Shown here piece by piece: positions 32,661 through 43,404 of a stretch of DNA of 64,000 nucleotides (its first letter is position 1; every line of letters begins with the position of its first letter). The stretch is from Pelagomonas calceolata (Eukaryota). Location of the stretch: assembly GCA_918797485.1 (NCBI GenBank), contig CAKKNE010000003.1, positions 744,001-808,000 of the forward strand. Direction: 5' to 3'. The translations under genes were made by a program, and so were the position numbers. The notes under the pieces are model-generated. The model did no database searches and was not told the origin of the DNA. It saw nothing but the letters and a program-made list of their open reading frames with translations.

Positions 32661-33386
32661 ATGGCTACAACCAAAGCGCGCAGGACCTCCTGGGCCGCGC
32701 CGAAGCAGACGCTGTCGCTGGGCCCGGCCTTCGACAAGGGCTGGGGCGAGACGATTCTAGAGTACATGACTTGTTCAGGGGGCGCGTCCCCGGAAGACAT
32801 CCGCGACCTCATGAAGGACGCCAAAACGCCGGTGACGCTCCACGTCTACGCCGTGGGCCACGCCAAGGCCATCCAGGAGATCAATTACGTCGTCGAGAAC
32901 TTCTTGCACGAGGGCGGCGTGTTCCACGGCGCGATCGAGGTCTTCGGCCAGGAGTTCTCGTTTGGAGGTTGTAGAAGGAACAAGTGCGGCATCTTCGCCT
33001 GCAAGCCGACGAAGTGCCCCATGCATACCTATCGGGAAAGTATCTATTTAGGAGACTGCGGGAAAGATCTTGCTGAGGTCCAACGCATTCTCGACGGCAT
33101 GAAAGGCGACTGGATGGGCCCCACCTATGATTTACTCAGGAAGAACTGCTGCTCCTTCTCCGACGCCTTCGCCCAGGCTCTAGGCGTCGGGCCGATCCCG
33201 AAGTGGGTCCATCACTTGGCCGATGTGGGCGCTACATTAGATGATGACGTCAAGGCCGTGGTCCACGGCCTCCACTTCGTCGAGGACAAGGTCAAGGGGA
33301 CGGGGATGGCTCTGTACCACAAGGTACATCCTCCGCACCACGTAGATGATCACGCGGACTACAAAGTGGCTACACCCCGTCGCTAG
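32661..33386 (+). CDS. PPPDE/DeSI desumoylating or deubiquitinating isopeptidase
   Basis: VTLHVY, GGVFHGAIEVFGQEFSFG, YDLLRKNCCSFS and IPKWV. Confidence 0.9.
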   Translation: MATTKARRTSWAAPKQTLSLGPAFDKGWGETILEYMTCSGGASPEDIRDLMKDAKTPVTLHVYAVGHAKAIQEINYVVENFLHEGGVFHGAIEVFGQEFSFGGCRRNKCGIFACKPTKCPMHTYRESIYLGDCGKDLAEVQRILDGMKGDWMGPTYDLLRKNCCSFSDAFAQALGVGPIPKWVHHLADVGATLDDDVKAVVHGLHFVEDKVKGTGMALYHKVHPPHHVDDHADYKVATPRR

Positions 33387-33389
33387 TTA

Positions 33390-35948
33390 TTAACAATTAC
33401 TACTAGTGACTGAAATGGCGTCCTCGTATAACTTTTGCCGTCGAGCGAGCACCGCCTGAGCCTTCTTCTCGTGCTCGGTGTGGCCCGCCAGCAGCTGCGC
33501 GACCTCCTTCCGGGCCGGTCTTATCAACGGTAACTCCTCTGCAACAACTTTCGGCGGCCTCTTAAACGGGTTCTCCGGAACAACTGCCGGTTTCTTCTTC
33601 GCCTTTGGTCTTTTGGCATAGATCGGCGTCTCTTCTCTCCCAAAAGTCGGCTGTTTCCCCTTCTGGCCCGGGATGAAGAACGTCCGCTTCTTCTTGCGTG
33701 GAATGCCCGTCCGCTTCAGGCCGTTCGGCGGCAGGCCGTAGGGGCCCATCCGCAGCTCGAGGTCCTCGTCTAGTTTGCTTTGATAGTCGCTCGCGGTAGG
33801 GTGTTCATGTAATGATCTACTATGTACTAAACATTCACCCAATTCTCTCCTTCTCCGAACAGTCGTCGTCGTCTCCACCTCCTCCTCTTCACTGCTTGAC
33901 TCTTCACCATCAGACTCATCATCCGTCAGCATCGACGGCTCTACTTTAATTGTAGATGTATCAGAATTCATGAGCGCCTCATTCAAAGCGGCGAAGGCCT
34001 CGACGCCCTTCCTCCCAATACCCTTTCTCAACTTGCGAGTGATATTCGAGTCCAGCGTCGGGCAGGGCGTTGCTGTGGAAGTACACGTCACGACGGTGTG
34101 CTCGTCGACGTCAGTCAGGAACGTTCCTGTTTTTTCCCGATTCGCGGCCATGATCTGTCGAGCCCGGACCTCCTCGATCTTGTTCAAGCGTTCTTCCGAT
34201 GTAAGTAGAGAGTCCTGGAGCTCCTGCCTGAACGTCGCGCGCTGCACATCTGTTACTCTCTTCCTCCTCGATAACACTTCGACCTTCTTGAGCGTCTCCT
34301 TGCACAAGTCGTGGGCATTCCTACATGATGCTTCTGCTCTGTCTAAATCAGTTTCCATAAGCTCCTCGGACTCCTCGATTAACGACTGCGTACTTAACAC
34401 GATAGATTGTAAATCGCTTTGGACCTCGTACATGGCGTTGCGACGCTTCTCCTTGTTGCTGTTCTGCACTAAGGTAACACCGTGCTCGTTCACTTGGTAC
34501 TCGGCGTAGGCCATCATGCCAGGCGTTATGGATACCTTTTCCTGCCGGTAGGCCTCCTCGCACACCCCTTCCCACCGGACACGCGCCGCGACGATCTTAT
34601 CCAACTCCCGCTTCGTCTTGGCGTTCGCCAGCGACAAATCCCGACAGATATACACGGGAGCCGCAAACAATTCAGTGGTCTGCGCCGCGACGGCCCGTCG
34701 AGCAGTACCACTTTGACCGAGCATCTCCACGAGCCCAAAGGCGTCGTCCGGTCCCAACAGCGCAACTTCTATTTCGCCCGCACCACTTTCTCTAGTACGG
34801 AATATTTTTAATGCACCCTTTTGCACAAACACGACCTCCTCCGACGTCGCGCGCTTCGCGACGTCGCCGCGCTGCACGATGCGCCGTTTCATGACCGAAG
34901 CTAATTTGTATAGATCTTCGACGCGCCAGTGGCGGTACAAAGGCGACCGTCTCAGCAGAGCGATCTTCGTGTCAAATAACTTGTTCCGTTCCGCATAGAC
35001 AGAAGCAAAAGCTCTAGGTGATGCCACGAAACAGATCGTTTGGGATAAGCCTGGTGCGGACGTCTCCGCGACGGTGGCCAGGTCTTCGTCACCGACCGCG
35101 ACCACAGAAGCGTTTCTATTGGGACAGGACTCAGAAAAGGCCACTTCGCCGAAGCCCGCACCGTCCCTTAGTTCCACTAACTTCCGGCCGAACTTGCTCC
35201 TATCATCATCCCCCGCGAACTTGTGTACTGATACTACACCGAACAGACATATATAATAGCCGTCCGGGGGATCGCCTTCTCTGAACACACATCGATTCTT
35301 ATCATAGATCCGCAATTCGCCATCCGATAGGACATCGGCTATCTCCTCGTTCGACAGTGACGCTACGGATTTAGGAGCCGTCTGCAACAGCACCTGGCGA
35401 CACGCCTGGATGAACCCTGCCTCGGGCGACTGCTTCTCGACCAAGGCCTTCAACCGATGGACCTGGCAGTACCTTATGTATTTCTTCAGTACTCCATCGC
35501 CCTGGTCCAAGTTGACCACTGGGTTCAGGAACAATAGCCACTTACTATCGCCATTCGGCAAAAACCGCCGCTGCTGGTTCTTGTCCAGCTGCCTAAAATT
35601 ATAGACCCGCAGATGGGCCATGAACTGCGTGTCGTCGATGTCATGGGCCGTCAAGTGGCCATCACTCACAAGTACCCGCCACTTCTTCACGATCAACAAC
35701 CGCCCCTCAGGACACCAGCTGATGTAATCTTTTCTAGTTTCATCCCCCAAAATAGCGAACAGCTTGTACAGGAAGTCCCGGTCGTCTTTTTTGAAGCCTG
35801 TATAGCTCACGTCGACCTGGAGGTCGTCGAGCTGCCGGTATTGTTTACTGAAAGCGGCCTCGGGTCTTCTGAGTACTGGATGGAAGGGCCGCACGAACTC
35901 CAGTTCCTCTTTTCGCGCATCCGCTAGAATGGCCGCGGCGGAGGCCAT
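33390..35948 (-). CDS. Protein with an HSF-type DNA-binding-like domain and two cNMP-binding domains
   Basis: FLYKLFAIL...ISWCPEG...FMAHLRVYNF is HSF-like. VFREGDPPDGYY...GFGEVAF...RNASV is a cNMP domain, followed by a second degenerate one (DAFGLVE). Confidence 0.75.
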   Translation of the reverse strand: MASAAAILADARKEELEFVRPFHPVLRRPEAAFSKQYRQLDDLQVDVSYTGFKKDDRDFLYKLFAILGDETRKDYISWCPEGRLLIVKKWRVLVSDGHLTAHDIDDTQFMAHLRVYNFRQLDKNQQRRFLPNGDSKWLLFLNPVVNLDQGDGVLKKYIRYCQVHRLKALVEKQSPEAGFIQACRQVLLQTAPKSVASLSNEEIADVLSDGELRIYDKNRCVFREGDPPDGYYICLFGVVSVHKFAGDDDRSKFGRKLVELRDGAGFGEVAFSESCPNRNASVVAVGDEDLATVAETSAPGLSQTICFVASPRAFASVYAERNKLFDTKIALLRRSPLYRHWRVEDLYKLASVMKRRIVQRGDVAKRATSEEVVFVQKGALKIFRTRESGAGEIEVALLGPDDAFGLVEMLGQSGTARRAVAAQTTELFAAPVYICRDLSLANAKTKRELDKIVAARVRWEGVCEEAYRQEKVSITPGMMAYAEYQVNEHGVTLVQNSNKEKRRNAMYEVQSDLQSIVLSTQSLIEESEELMETDLDRAEASCRNAHDLCKETLKKVEVLSRRKRVTDVQRATFRQELQDSLLTSEERLNKIEEVRARQIMAANREKTGTFLTDVDEHTVVTCTSTATPCPTLDSNITRKLRKGIGRKGVEAFAALNEALMNSDTSTIKVEPSMLTDDESDGEESSSEEEEVETTTTVRRRRELGECLVHSRSLHEHPTASDYQSKLDEDLELRMGPYGLPPNGLKRTGIPRKKKRTFFIPGQKGKQPTFGREETPIYAKRPKAKKKPAVVPENPFKRPPKVVAEELPLIRPARKEVAQLLAGHTEHEKKAQAVLARRQKLYEDAISVTSSNC

Positions 35949-36207
35949 ACTGCCTTGGTGCTGTCTGCTTGCCGCGCCTTGACCGGTGCGGGCAGCCTCT
36001 CCCTTTTGCGGCACTCCTGCTGCTCTCTCGTGAGCTGCTGCGGCACGCCTGCGGGCGGCGCTCGCGCGCTTCGCTCTCCTGCAAAATGCGGCGCTGCAGG
36101 GAGATGGCCAGGGCTGGGTGGAGACGACAGACGCGGTGAGAAGGGTCCGTACGCCTACGTGGCTCCTATGCATCCCTGGTTTCGCGTTCACGAGAGCTCC
36201 GGCTTGC

Positions 36208-36233
36208 TTGCTAGTGTCTTACAGGACGCTAGC
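36208..36233 (-). promoter_or_regulatory. Recurrent upstream motif
   Basis: TTGCTAGTGTCTTACAGGACGCTAGC lies between divergent genes. Confidence 0.65.
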
Positions 36234-36456
36234 ACCGAGATTTTGGCCGGTGCTTTTTACGGACTGCTCGTCCCTGCGCGACAGATGAGGACTAAGAGCT
36301 GACTTACAGACGAGAAAATACCGGTGGCTCGCAGTATCGCTTGGTTCCGACGCGGAAACGAAGACCACTAAGCCGGTCTCAAGTGGGTGGCCAAAAAAGC
36401 AGCTTACCAGCACACCGGTCGCAGCGACGCCGTCGACGCGTCCGCATCCCTAAAAG

Positions 36457-37359
36457 ATGAGCATCTTCTCGCGCAAGTTAGGGAGGAACCCCTTCAAGTC
36501 GTCGGGCAGCGCGGACGCCGCCGACGAGCCCAAGCAATCCATGAGCGCCAAGGCCAAGGCCGCGGCGACAGCAACTGCAGACAAGGCGCGACGCCTGTCG
36601 GCGACCGCTAGCCAAAAAGCGCGCGACGCGCGCCACTCGATAACCGGTGCAAAATTAGACCCGAGCGCGCCGGCTAGGGTCGGCTTCGTGGGCGTCAGCA
36701 GGGACCGCAAGCTCGTCGCTCACGCCCAAGACGACGAAGACCCAAGAATAGGCGAGCGCACGGCGTCCCTAGCGAGGAAGATCACACAACGAGCGGACCC
36801 GCCGGGCTGGGACGACGTCGCCGATACTACTAGAAAGGGAGAAGGCCTACGAGCTATCAAGCTGCCGGTCTGCGATTTGGATGGCACGACGTCCTACGTC
36901 GTCGCCTTCGGCATGGGCTATCCCGTGGAGAAGGCCCAGGCGCTCTGCGAGAGACTGGCGCTCATGCTCGGGCCCATGGTCGATTTGGATTTGGAGGAAG
37001 CCAAGTCCCAAGGCCGGACTAGGTGCACGCCGGACGGCGCCACTCGTTTACGGGAAGTCCTCGAACGAGAACTTAGAGATGCGAATTCCTCCTCGCAGTT
37101 GCAACAAGTCGCGAACCAGGTCGAGGCGGTCCGCGAGATCATGGAGCGGAATGTTGAAATGCTGCTGGATAGGGGTGAAAAGCTCGATGCTCTCAACGAC
37201 AAGGCTGACGAATTACATGGTGCTACGAAAGCATTCAGACAGCAAGCGCGCAAGCTCAAGCGGTGGCACTTGATGAATCAGGTCAAGTGGGGCGTCGCGG
37301 TCGGCACGCTCGTGACGGCGTCGGTGGCGATCCCGATCGCCGTGCTGGCGGCGGCGTAG
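36457..37359 (+). CDS. VAMP7-like longin R-SNARE
   Basis: Synaptobrevin motif QVEAVREIMERNVEMLLDRGEKLDAL plus C-terminal TM helix; longin-like N-terminal part. Confidence 0.85.
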   Translation: MSIFSRKLGRNPFKSSGSADAADEPKQSMSAKAKAAATATADKARRLSATASQKARDARHSITGAKLDPSAPARVGFVGVSRDRKLVAHAQDDEDPRIGERTASLARKITQRADPPGWDDVADTTRKGEGLRAIKLPVCDLDGTTSYVVAFGMGYPVEKAQALCERLALMLGPMVDLDLEEAKSQGRTRCTPDGATRLREVLERELRDANSSSQLQQVANQVEAVREIMERNVEMLLDRGEKLDALNDKADELHGATKAFRQQARKLKRWHLMNQVKWGVAVGTLVTASVAIPIAVLAAA

Positions 37360-37407
37360 AGCTCCGCCTCGTGTAATTCCCCTTTTTGTGAATCGTACAT
37401 TCAAAAC

Positions 37408-39096
37408 TTACAACTCGTTGGGGCACCACGGGCACACGCTCGAGTGCCCGCCCGCGACCCAGTCATCCCGCTGGCAGACGCCGGAACAATAGCGCCGCGC
37501 GCCGCACCCGCCGCATGAGGGGAAGGCCTCCCGGTCCAACGGGCCCCGCCCGCCGCAGACGTCGCAGAGACGCCGCGCCTGGCGGGCCTGCGTGCGCAGT
37601 ATCTTCGCGGCTGTCCGGATCCCCGCCTTGATGTCGTCCTTGAAACTCCTTCTCATCTTCAGTATCATCACCTCGATTTCCGTGGCGCAGGTGTCAGATC
37701 GCGCGATGAGCGCCTTCCGCACCATCTTGCGCGTCAGCGTCCCGGCGATGGCCGCCTCCCGGAGTAATGGGTCGTCCATGATCGCTCGCGCGGCCTGACT
37801 CTTGAGAAGCATATTCCCGCGCGCAGACGGAGCTTCGCAGAGACTATTCCGCAGCGCCGCGCCGCGCAGCGCCGCATCGACGACGGAGACACCCTCGAGG
37901 AACTCCCGCGCCGCCGCCGCCGTGCCGAGGACGGGCGCGGCGGGCCAGCCGAGGCGACCGCCCCAGACGACGGCCGGCACCGCCTCGCGCTTAACGGTGG
38001 CGAGGGCCTCGCCCTCGAGGACGACGACGACGTACTTGCGCGGCCCCCAGTCGTCGGTGGGCTCCCAGCCCTCCACGGAGCGGAGGTGCGGTGGCTTCTG
38101 GCGCAGGCCGATGGCAAAAAAATCGCGGATCGCAACCGGCGCCATTTCGTCGTCGTCCGCGCCAGGCACCGGGCCGTAGTGCATGTCGAACGAGGTCATG
38201 TGGGACGGCGCGATTCTTGCCTCAATGTATGATCCCGAAGCGTCGTTGCCTCGCCACTCCAGCGTGAGGCAGGACGGCGTGAAGACGACCGTGACGTCGC
38301 GCTGCAGTTTCGTGCCGAAGTAGACGCGGCGGCACCGGAGCATGACCCGCTCACTCGCCCATCGCCGCGTCGCCCTGGCAGTGACCTTCCTACGCACCGG
38401 CCGCATCGGCGGACACGGCACCGACAGCACGGCATCGACGCGCTTGGCCATGGCGCTCTCGACGCGGTCCGCGAACGTCTCGGGGAACGCCGCCTGCCGT
38501 ACCGACTTCGCGACCCAGGCGGGGCCGTACGCCTCTGCCCCGTTAACGGTGACCGGGACGCCGGCCGCGCGCGCGCGTGATAACGCGGCCTCGATGCGGC
38601 GCGCCGCCGCGTCGCGCGCGAGCGCCGCGGCGTCCACCGGTGGCGGCGGCGCGGCGGCCGGCGGTCCCGGAGGTAAGGTCGCGTCGACGGCGCCCCAGCC
38701 ACGCTGGGGCGCCAGATTCGCGTCGCTGCCGCCCTTGGACGGACTGCGGCGGACCGTCTTGGCGAAGAGTGCGGCAGCACGTGGAATCAAGCTCTTCTTC
38801 TTGGGCTTGCTAGGCGTGCCGACCGGCGCGGGGCCTACACCCTTTGCGTAGTCCTCGAGCCGCAGCTCCTCGAAGGACTTGCCCTCGTAGGCGGGCATCG
38901 CCGTGATGGAGGCCAAGAAATTCTCAGACGGACCATGCTCAATATATGCGCCCGGAATTTGAATCATGGCCCTTTCCACTCCTCCAAATGTCAGCTCGTA
39001 CGGCGGCGCACCCGTGCCCTCCCCGCCGAAGCCCGCTTCCTTCGTCTGAGATTTCAGATTTTTTAGCCGCTCGCCGAGCTTGATGATCGCATCCAT
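37408..39096 (-). CDS. Protein with an N-terminal Nup98-type GLEBS motif and a C-terminal MYND zinc finger
   Basis: SITAMPAYEGKSFEELRLEDY; CDVC...CGGC...YCSGVCQRDDW...HSSVC. Confidence 0.8.
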   Translation of the reverse strand: MDAIIKLGERLKNLKSQTKEAGFGGEGTGAPPYELTFGGVERAMIQIPGAYIEHGPSENFLASITAMPAYEGKSFEELRLEDYAKGVGPAPVGTPSKPKKKSLIPRAAALFAKTVRRSPSKGGSDANLAPQRGWGAVDATLPPGPPAAAPPPPVDAAALARDAAARRIEAALSRARAAGVPVTVNGAEAYGPAWVAKSVRQAAFPETFADRVESAMAKRVDAVLSVPCPPMRPVRRKVTARATRRWASERVMLRCRRVYFGTKLQRDVTVVFTPSCLTLEWRGNDASGSYIEARIAPSHMTSFDMHYGPVPGADDDEMAPVAIRDFFAIGLRQKPPHLRSVEGWEPTDDWGPRKYVVVVLEGEALATVKREAVPAVVWGGRLGWPAAPVLGTAAAAREFLEGVSVVDAALRGAALRNSLCEAPSARGNMLLKSQAARAIMDDPLLREAAIAGTLTRKMVRKALIARSDTCATEIEVMILKMRRSFKDDIKAGIRTAAKILRTQARQARRLCDVCGGRGPLDREAFPSCGGCGARRYCSGVCQRDDWVAGGHSSVCPWCPNEL

Positions 39097-39410
39097 TGTG
39101 CGGGCTGGCCGCATCGCACGGGTGCTGCGCAAGGAGGCCCCTCTCACTGCTATAGAGAGCTAAACAGCACCGGCGCCGATCACGCTGCAGCCACGCACAG
39201 CGACAGCGACCACAACTGTGAAGCAATGCCAAAATCACGCTGGCGGCGCACGAGACGCCGCTGCTTGCTCCTTACGCGGCCTGGCAAGCCTCTGCGCGCA
39301 CCTACGCGACGGGTTTTACGCGGTTCGCGATGCATCTGTTCGAAGCCATCGGGGCGAGAGACGCGTCGGGGCGAAGCCGGTTCCCCTGCTTGCGTACTTT
39401 AAAACATAGT

Positions 39411-39782
39411 TTAGAGGCTCCCGTGCGTGAAGTCCCCGCACCACGGCGGCTTGCCCTCCTTTGGCCGGTGGACGTAGGGCCGCACCTTGAGGTAGATCTT
39501 GCTATCTGCTTCGAGGCCGACGACGCCGAGCAGGGCACTGTCATCATCAATACCGACATTTCTCAATTCACCTGAATCCTCGTCGACTTGCTTCACGGAC
39601 AGCATCTGCCGTGATGGAGCGAGCATGGACTGGCCCGACACCGTGCGGCAGAGGGCCTGGATCTCCTGCTTCAAACGCAGGACCTGCCAATCACTGTCCA
39701 CATCAAGCACGGCGCGCGCGGGTCTGAGTGTTGGCGCGAGGCAGAGCGGTTTATGGTAGGTCTCGAGCTGGACCTCGAACAT
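39411..39782 (-). CDS. Ubiquitin-like domain protein (123 aa)
   Basis: LDVDSDWQVLRLKQEI...PSRQML...DDSALLGVVGLEADSKIYL fits a ubiquitin-fold pattern. Confidence 0.65.
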   Translation of the reverse strand: MFEVQLETYHKPLCLAPTLRPARAVLDVDSDWQVLRLKQEIQALCRTVSGQSMLAPSRQMLSVKQVDEDSGELRNVGIDDDSALLGVVGLEADSKIYLKVRPYVHRPKEGKPPWCGDFTHGSL

Positions 39783-40330
39783 GGTCCTTTTGCACGACGA
39801 ATGGCGTCGTACGGATGCGCGCAGTGGGAGTGGCTGCCCAGTAGGCTGCCGAGATGCTGCCCCAGATGCTGCCGCGCGGCCGTTGCAGCTGGTGGAGTAC
39901 GCTACGACACGTCAATTCCGATGCCGATAGAAGGGCTGCGACAGCACGGATGCTGCCTCGCGGTCGCAGGCACGATGGAGGCTGCTGGGCGCGAGAGAGG
40001 GCGCTGCGGCCGGCTTGGCCGGAGAGGGTTTTTCTGAAACAGCAATCTCCTACGCAACGCAAGGGTGGCGAAGCCTCGCGAAGCATAGAGGGAGCTGTCG
40101 CGGAGTTGTTTTTTAGGCCCGAATGTTGCTCCTCGCGAAGGTGCTGCCATTTGTGCCGCGGCGCGCTCTCGGGGAGACACGCATCGCCGCGAACAGGCCG
40201 GTTGTCACGTGTGCGTTGTGTGCGTTGCGGAACTGCAAGGGCTGCCCTTGTTACTATTTCTGACTGCTGCAAAGGGCTGCCACTTGTAAACTATTCCTCA
40301 GTAAACGCCGTCGCCGCGCGCGCATAACTC

Positions 40331-41038
40331 ATGGCGCGAAAATCGGACAGAAGCCGCCGCGACGCCGCGCCGGCGCGCGGCCGGACCATGAATGTGGACC
40401 GGCCGACGGAGCGCGACGCGCCGCCCGTAGCCAAACGGGGCACGAGCCGCGAGGGCCTCTACCTCGACCAGGTCTTCCCGGGCGTGCCGCAGCGCATCGA
40501 GATCATAGAAGAAAAGCTCGGCAACTCGCCCGGCAGCCGGCACTCGCCCGTCGTGCCCGCGGATAAAAAACAAATCGCGACGCCGGAGAAGGCGCCGCCA
40601 CCCATACCGGCGCTGACGCCGGACAAGCCGGACAAGCCGGCGTCGGTCCAGAAGCCCTCGCCGATGGAGAAGCGGTACGCGGAACTCGCGGAGCCCGAGC
40701 GCTACGACGCGCCGCCGTCGCCCGCGCGAGTACGCCTCGAGGAGCGGTGCTGGCCGTCTTCCCAGAGACGGCGGCGCGCCCCATCGCCGCCGCCGGCGCC
40801 CGGCTCGCCGGCGTCGCCGTTGGAACGCGCATCGTTGCTGAACGCCGCGCCGGCCGTCGACAGCCCCCGAGAGGATGCGCCGGAGCCGCTCTTCTGCGGC
40901 TTCTTCCTGGGGGGCGGCGCCGCGACGTCGTCGAACGACTGCACCTACTTCTGGGGCGCCCCGGCCGCGCCGAGCCACTCGGGCTGCTTCAACCCGTTCA
41001 GCAACGGCCTGTCGGACGACGAGGAGAGCGTAAGTTAG
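40331..41038 (+). CDS. Uncharacterised Pro-rich protein
   Basis: 235-aa ORF starting at ATG; its stop overlaps the stop of the convergent 6PGL gene. Confidence 0.55.
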   Translation: MARKSDRSRRDAAPARGRTMNVDRPTERDAPPVAKRGTSREGLYLDQVFPGVPQRIEIIEEKLGNSPGSRHSPVVPADKKQIATPEKAPPPIPALTPDKPDKPASVQKPSPMEKRYAELAEPERYDAPPSPARVRLEERCWPSSQRRRRAPSPPPAPGSPASPLERASLLNAAPAVDSPREDAPEPLFCGFFLGGGAATSSNDCTYFWGAPAAPSHSGCFNPFSNGLSDDEESVS

Positions 41039-42070
41039 AGCGTTAGCTTAGACGCGGCGGCGGTGTCGAACACATACTGTGCGACATCGCGAAAACCCGC
41101 CGCCGGGAAGTCACGGACCGCTTCCGGCGTTTCGATTGCGCGCTTCATGGCGTCGGATTTCCCCTGCGGGTACTTTTCCGAGACGCCGCACGCCGCGACG
41201 AGGACCTCTCTAGCTGCCCTCATCACCGGGAGCGACAGGGAGATGGAGCCGGGGTCCTTCATCTCGACGGGCAGGCACCAGCTGTAGTCGTCCGTGCACT
41301 CGTCGCGGTTCGGGTAGAGCGACCCGACCTGTGTGGAAATCAAGCAGTGTGTCGGGTGCACCCGATAACTTTTCACTAAGTCATTTCTCGGCGATGACGC
41401 GGCCGCGCTGGCTCTGTGGAGAGGTGAGGAACCGGCATAGCACGTGCCGTAAAAGTTTGATTTCCACACAGGTGCCGACGTGGCCGTCGTCGCCGACGCC
41501 GATGACCATCATATCGAATACTGGGATGCTTTCTCCACTCGCCGTCGCCGCGACCGGCAATAAGTTTTGCTGCGTCGCAAGTTCCAACAATTCGGCGTAG
41601 CGGCACGCCTCCGCCACCGCGTCCGAGGACCCGCCCAGATTGAGCACGTCCACGCCATCCCACCCGGCGTCCAGGAAGCCCGCCCGCGCCTTGGCGTGCG
41701 TGCTGAGCGTAGCGTCGGCGTCGTCGTCCACGGCCTTGTGATTGACGTAGGCCAGCAGGCAGTCCTCCGCCCAACTCGGCGAGCTACCAGCGAGCATCTT
41801 GAGCACGCTGCCACCCGGGATGGCCAGCGTGAAGGTGCCGCGCTCCTCAACGGCGCGCTTCCCCGCCTCGTCGATGCGTTTCCACACTTCCGCGCCGACC
41901 GCATCGGCGTCCGAAAGCACGGTTATCCGTGATTTGTCTGCAGGAGGCAGCGATGACTGCTCGGCTAGCTCTGCGAGGCTTTGGGCTGCGAGATGCGTCG
42001 CTGACCGCCGCTTGCATGGTGCTTGCAATGCTGCAGCACTGCTGAGCAGGAGGAGTGCCTTTGCTGCCAT
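41035..42070 (-). CDS. PGLS: 6-phosphogluconolactonase, probably plastid-targeted, 2 exons (42070-41480, 41328-41035)
   Basis: FTLAIPGGS and FDMMVIGVGDDGH|VGSLYP; signal-peptide-like MAAKALLLLSSAAAL. Confidence 0.88.
41329..41479 (-). mobile_element. Introner-type GT-AG intron (151 bp) with perfect 15-bp TIRs
   Basis: CTGTGTGGAAATCAA ... TTGATTTCCACACAG (41329-41471); TSD GTCGGCAC/GTCGGGTC. Confidence 0.95.
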
Positions 42071-42203
42071 TATTGATGCGAATTGATGAGGTTTGCGACT
42101 TCGGCCGGTGCAGTGATGTGCTGAGGAACTGCGATTGCAAATTTGCAGGCAGAACTGCAGATGACGCGGCAGCTGGCGATGATGACACGCGTGACACCAC
42201 GCA

Positions 42204-42230
42204 GCTAGCGACCTGTAACACACTAGAAAG
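42204..42230 (+). promoter_or_regulatory. Recurrent upstream motif (variant)
   Basis: GCTAGCGACCTGTAACACACTAGAAAG lies upstream of 6PGL. Confidence 0.55.
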
Positions 42231-42276
42231 CCATTCGTAACAAAGAGTCTTACACATGATGTCACATGCACTCGAA

Positions 42277-43404
42277 TCAGTAATCTTCCAACTCGTAGCC
42301 GTCCGAATCTTGTTCTCGTTCGGGTCTGTCCGGAACCGTATAGAAGCCGTTCCGCTCGGCGAGGACGACGAGGGACTTGACCGGCGAGGCGAGTAGGTCG
42401 GTGAATTGCGCAACTTCCCCCACGAGATCGCTCGGGAGGCCGCTCAGCGCGGCCGCGCTCCGGGCCGCGCTCACGTCGTGCTCGAGACAGACCAAGATGC
42501 TGCCCTCGCCGACCTGGTCGCCGTTGAACTGCTGCCCGGGGAAGAACTGCGTCGTCAGGCCGTGGGATCCGGGTTCAGTCCTCGAAGGGTTGTCTACGTT
42601 GTACGCGGCCATTCCGGGCGGCGTCACGTAGATCGACCACGTCTTCAGCTTCTCGGCGAGGGCCTTCACGAGGTTGCCGTCGGCCGCAAACGCGTCGTCG
42701 CAGAAAACGGCGCGCAGCGTCTCGCGCGTGACGCCGTAGTGAGGGCTTTGAACAAGCTCGGCGGCGTCCACGCTGCGGTAAAACGAGTCGCTGTTCTTGA
42801 GGTCGTGGACGATCCACGCCAACGAAGCCTTGGTGGAGACGTATCCCTCCTCGGCGCCGAACCCGTGGTGCGAGCCGGTCGAGTCCTTGCCGATATGCCA
42901 GCGCCCGCGCCCGCCGAGCATGACTTCGGCATCCGGGCGCTTGACGAGCTCCTCGAGAAACCGCATCGCGCCCTGCGCCTCGGTGCCCGTGTCGCTGTAA
43001 CATCCAGGCACTCCATATCTCTGTCGCTTGTTCGCCTCGCGGAGCTGCGCGACGTGCTCGGCGATCGAGCGCTGCCCCGCATTATCCATGACGATACCAG
43101 CGGTGGTCACCGCGATGTGGCTTTCGCAGTCCCTGCTATGGCCGCCGTCCCACGAAGATGCGCCCTCGTCATAGACGAGCGCCGCGGCGTCGATGCGGCG
43201 CGGCGCGACGACGAGGCGCGACACGTCGCCTGGATAAACTGGGCAGCGGTCCGCGCGCGAAGCGAAGTCGTTGATTTCCTCCGCATCCGCCTTTGGCGCC
43301 GCAATCTCATCCGTCCGCGGAGCAGTCTCAGCCTCCTGCGGCTCCTTGGCTTGGGCCTTCGACACGGTGGACTTTTTCGCGGGCTCCTTGGCTGTGCGAA
43401 CCAT
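42277..43404 (-). CDS. Uncharacterised protein (375 aa)
   Basis: Long ORF with a globular-looking composition; likely start MVRTAKEP. Confidence 0.65.
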   Translation of the reverse strand: MVRTAKEPAKKSTVSKAQAKEPQEAETAPRTDEIAAPKADAEEINDFASRADRCPVYPGDVSRLVVAPRRIDAAALVYDEGASSWDGGHSRDCESHIAVTTAGIVMDNAGQRSIAEHVAQLREANKRQRYGVPGCYSDTGTEAQGAMRFLEELVKRPDAEVMLGGRGRWHIGKDSTGSHHGFGAEEGYVSTKASLAWIVHDLKNSDSFYRSVDAAELVQSPHYGVTRETLRAVFCDDAFAADGNLVKALAEKLKTWSIYVTPPGMAAYNVDNPSRTEPGSHGLTTQFFPGQQFNGDQVGEGSILVCLEHDVSAARSAAALSGLPSDLVGEVAQFTDLLASPVKSLVVLAERNGFYTVPDRPEREQDSDGYELEDY

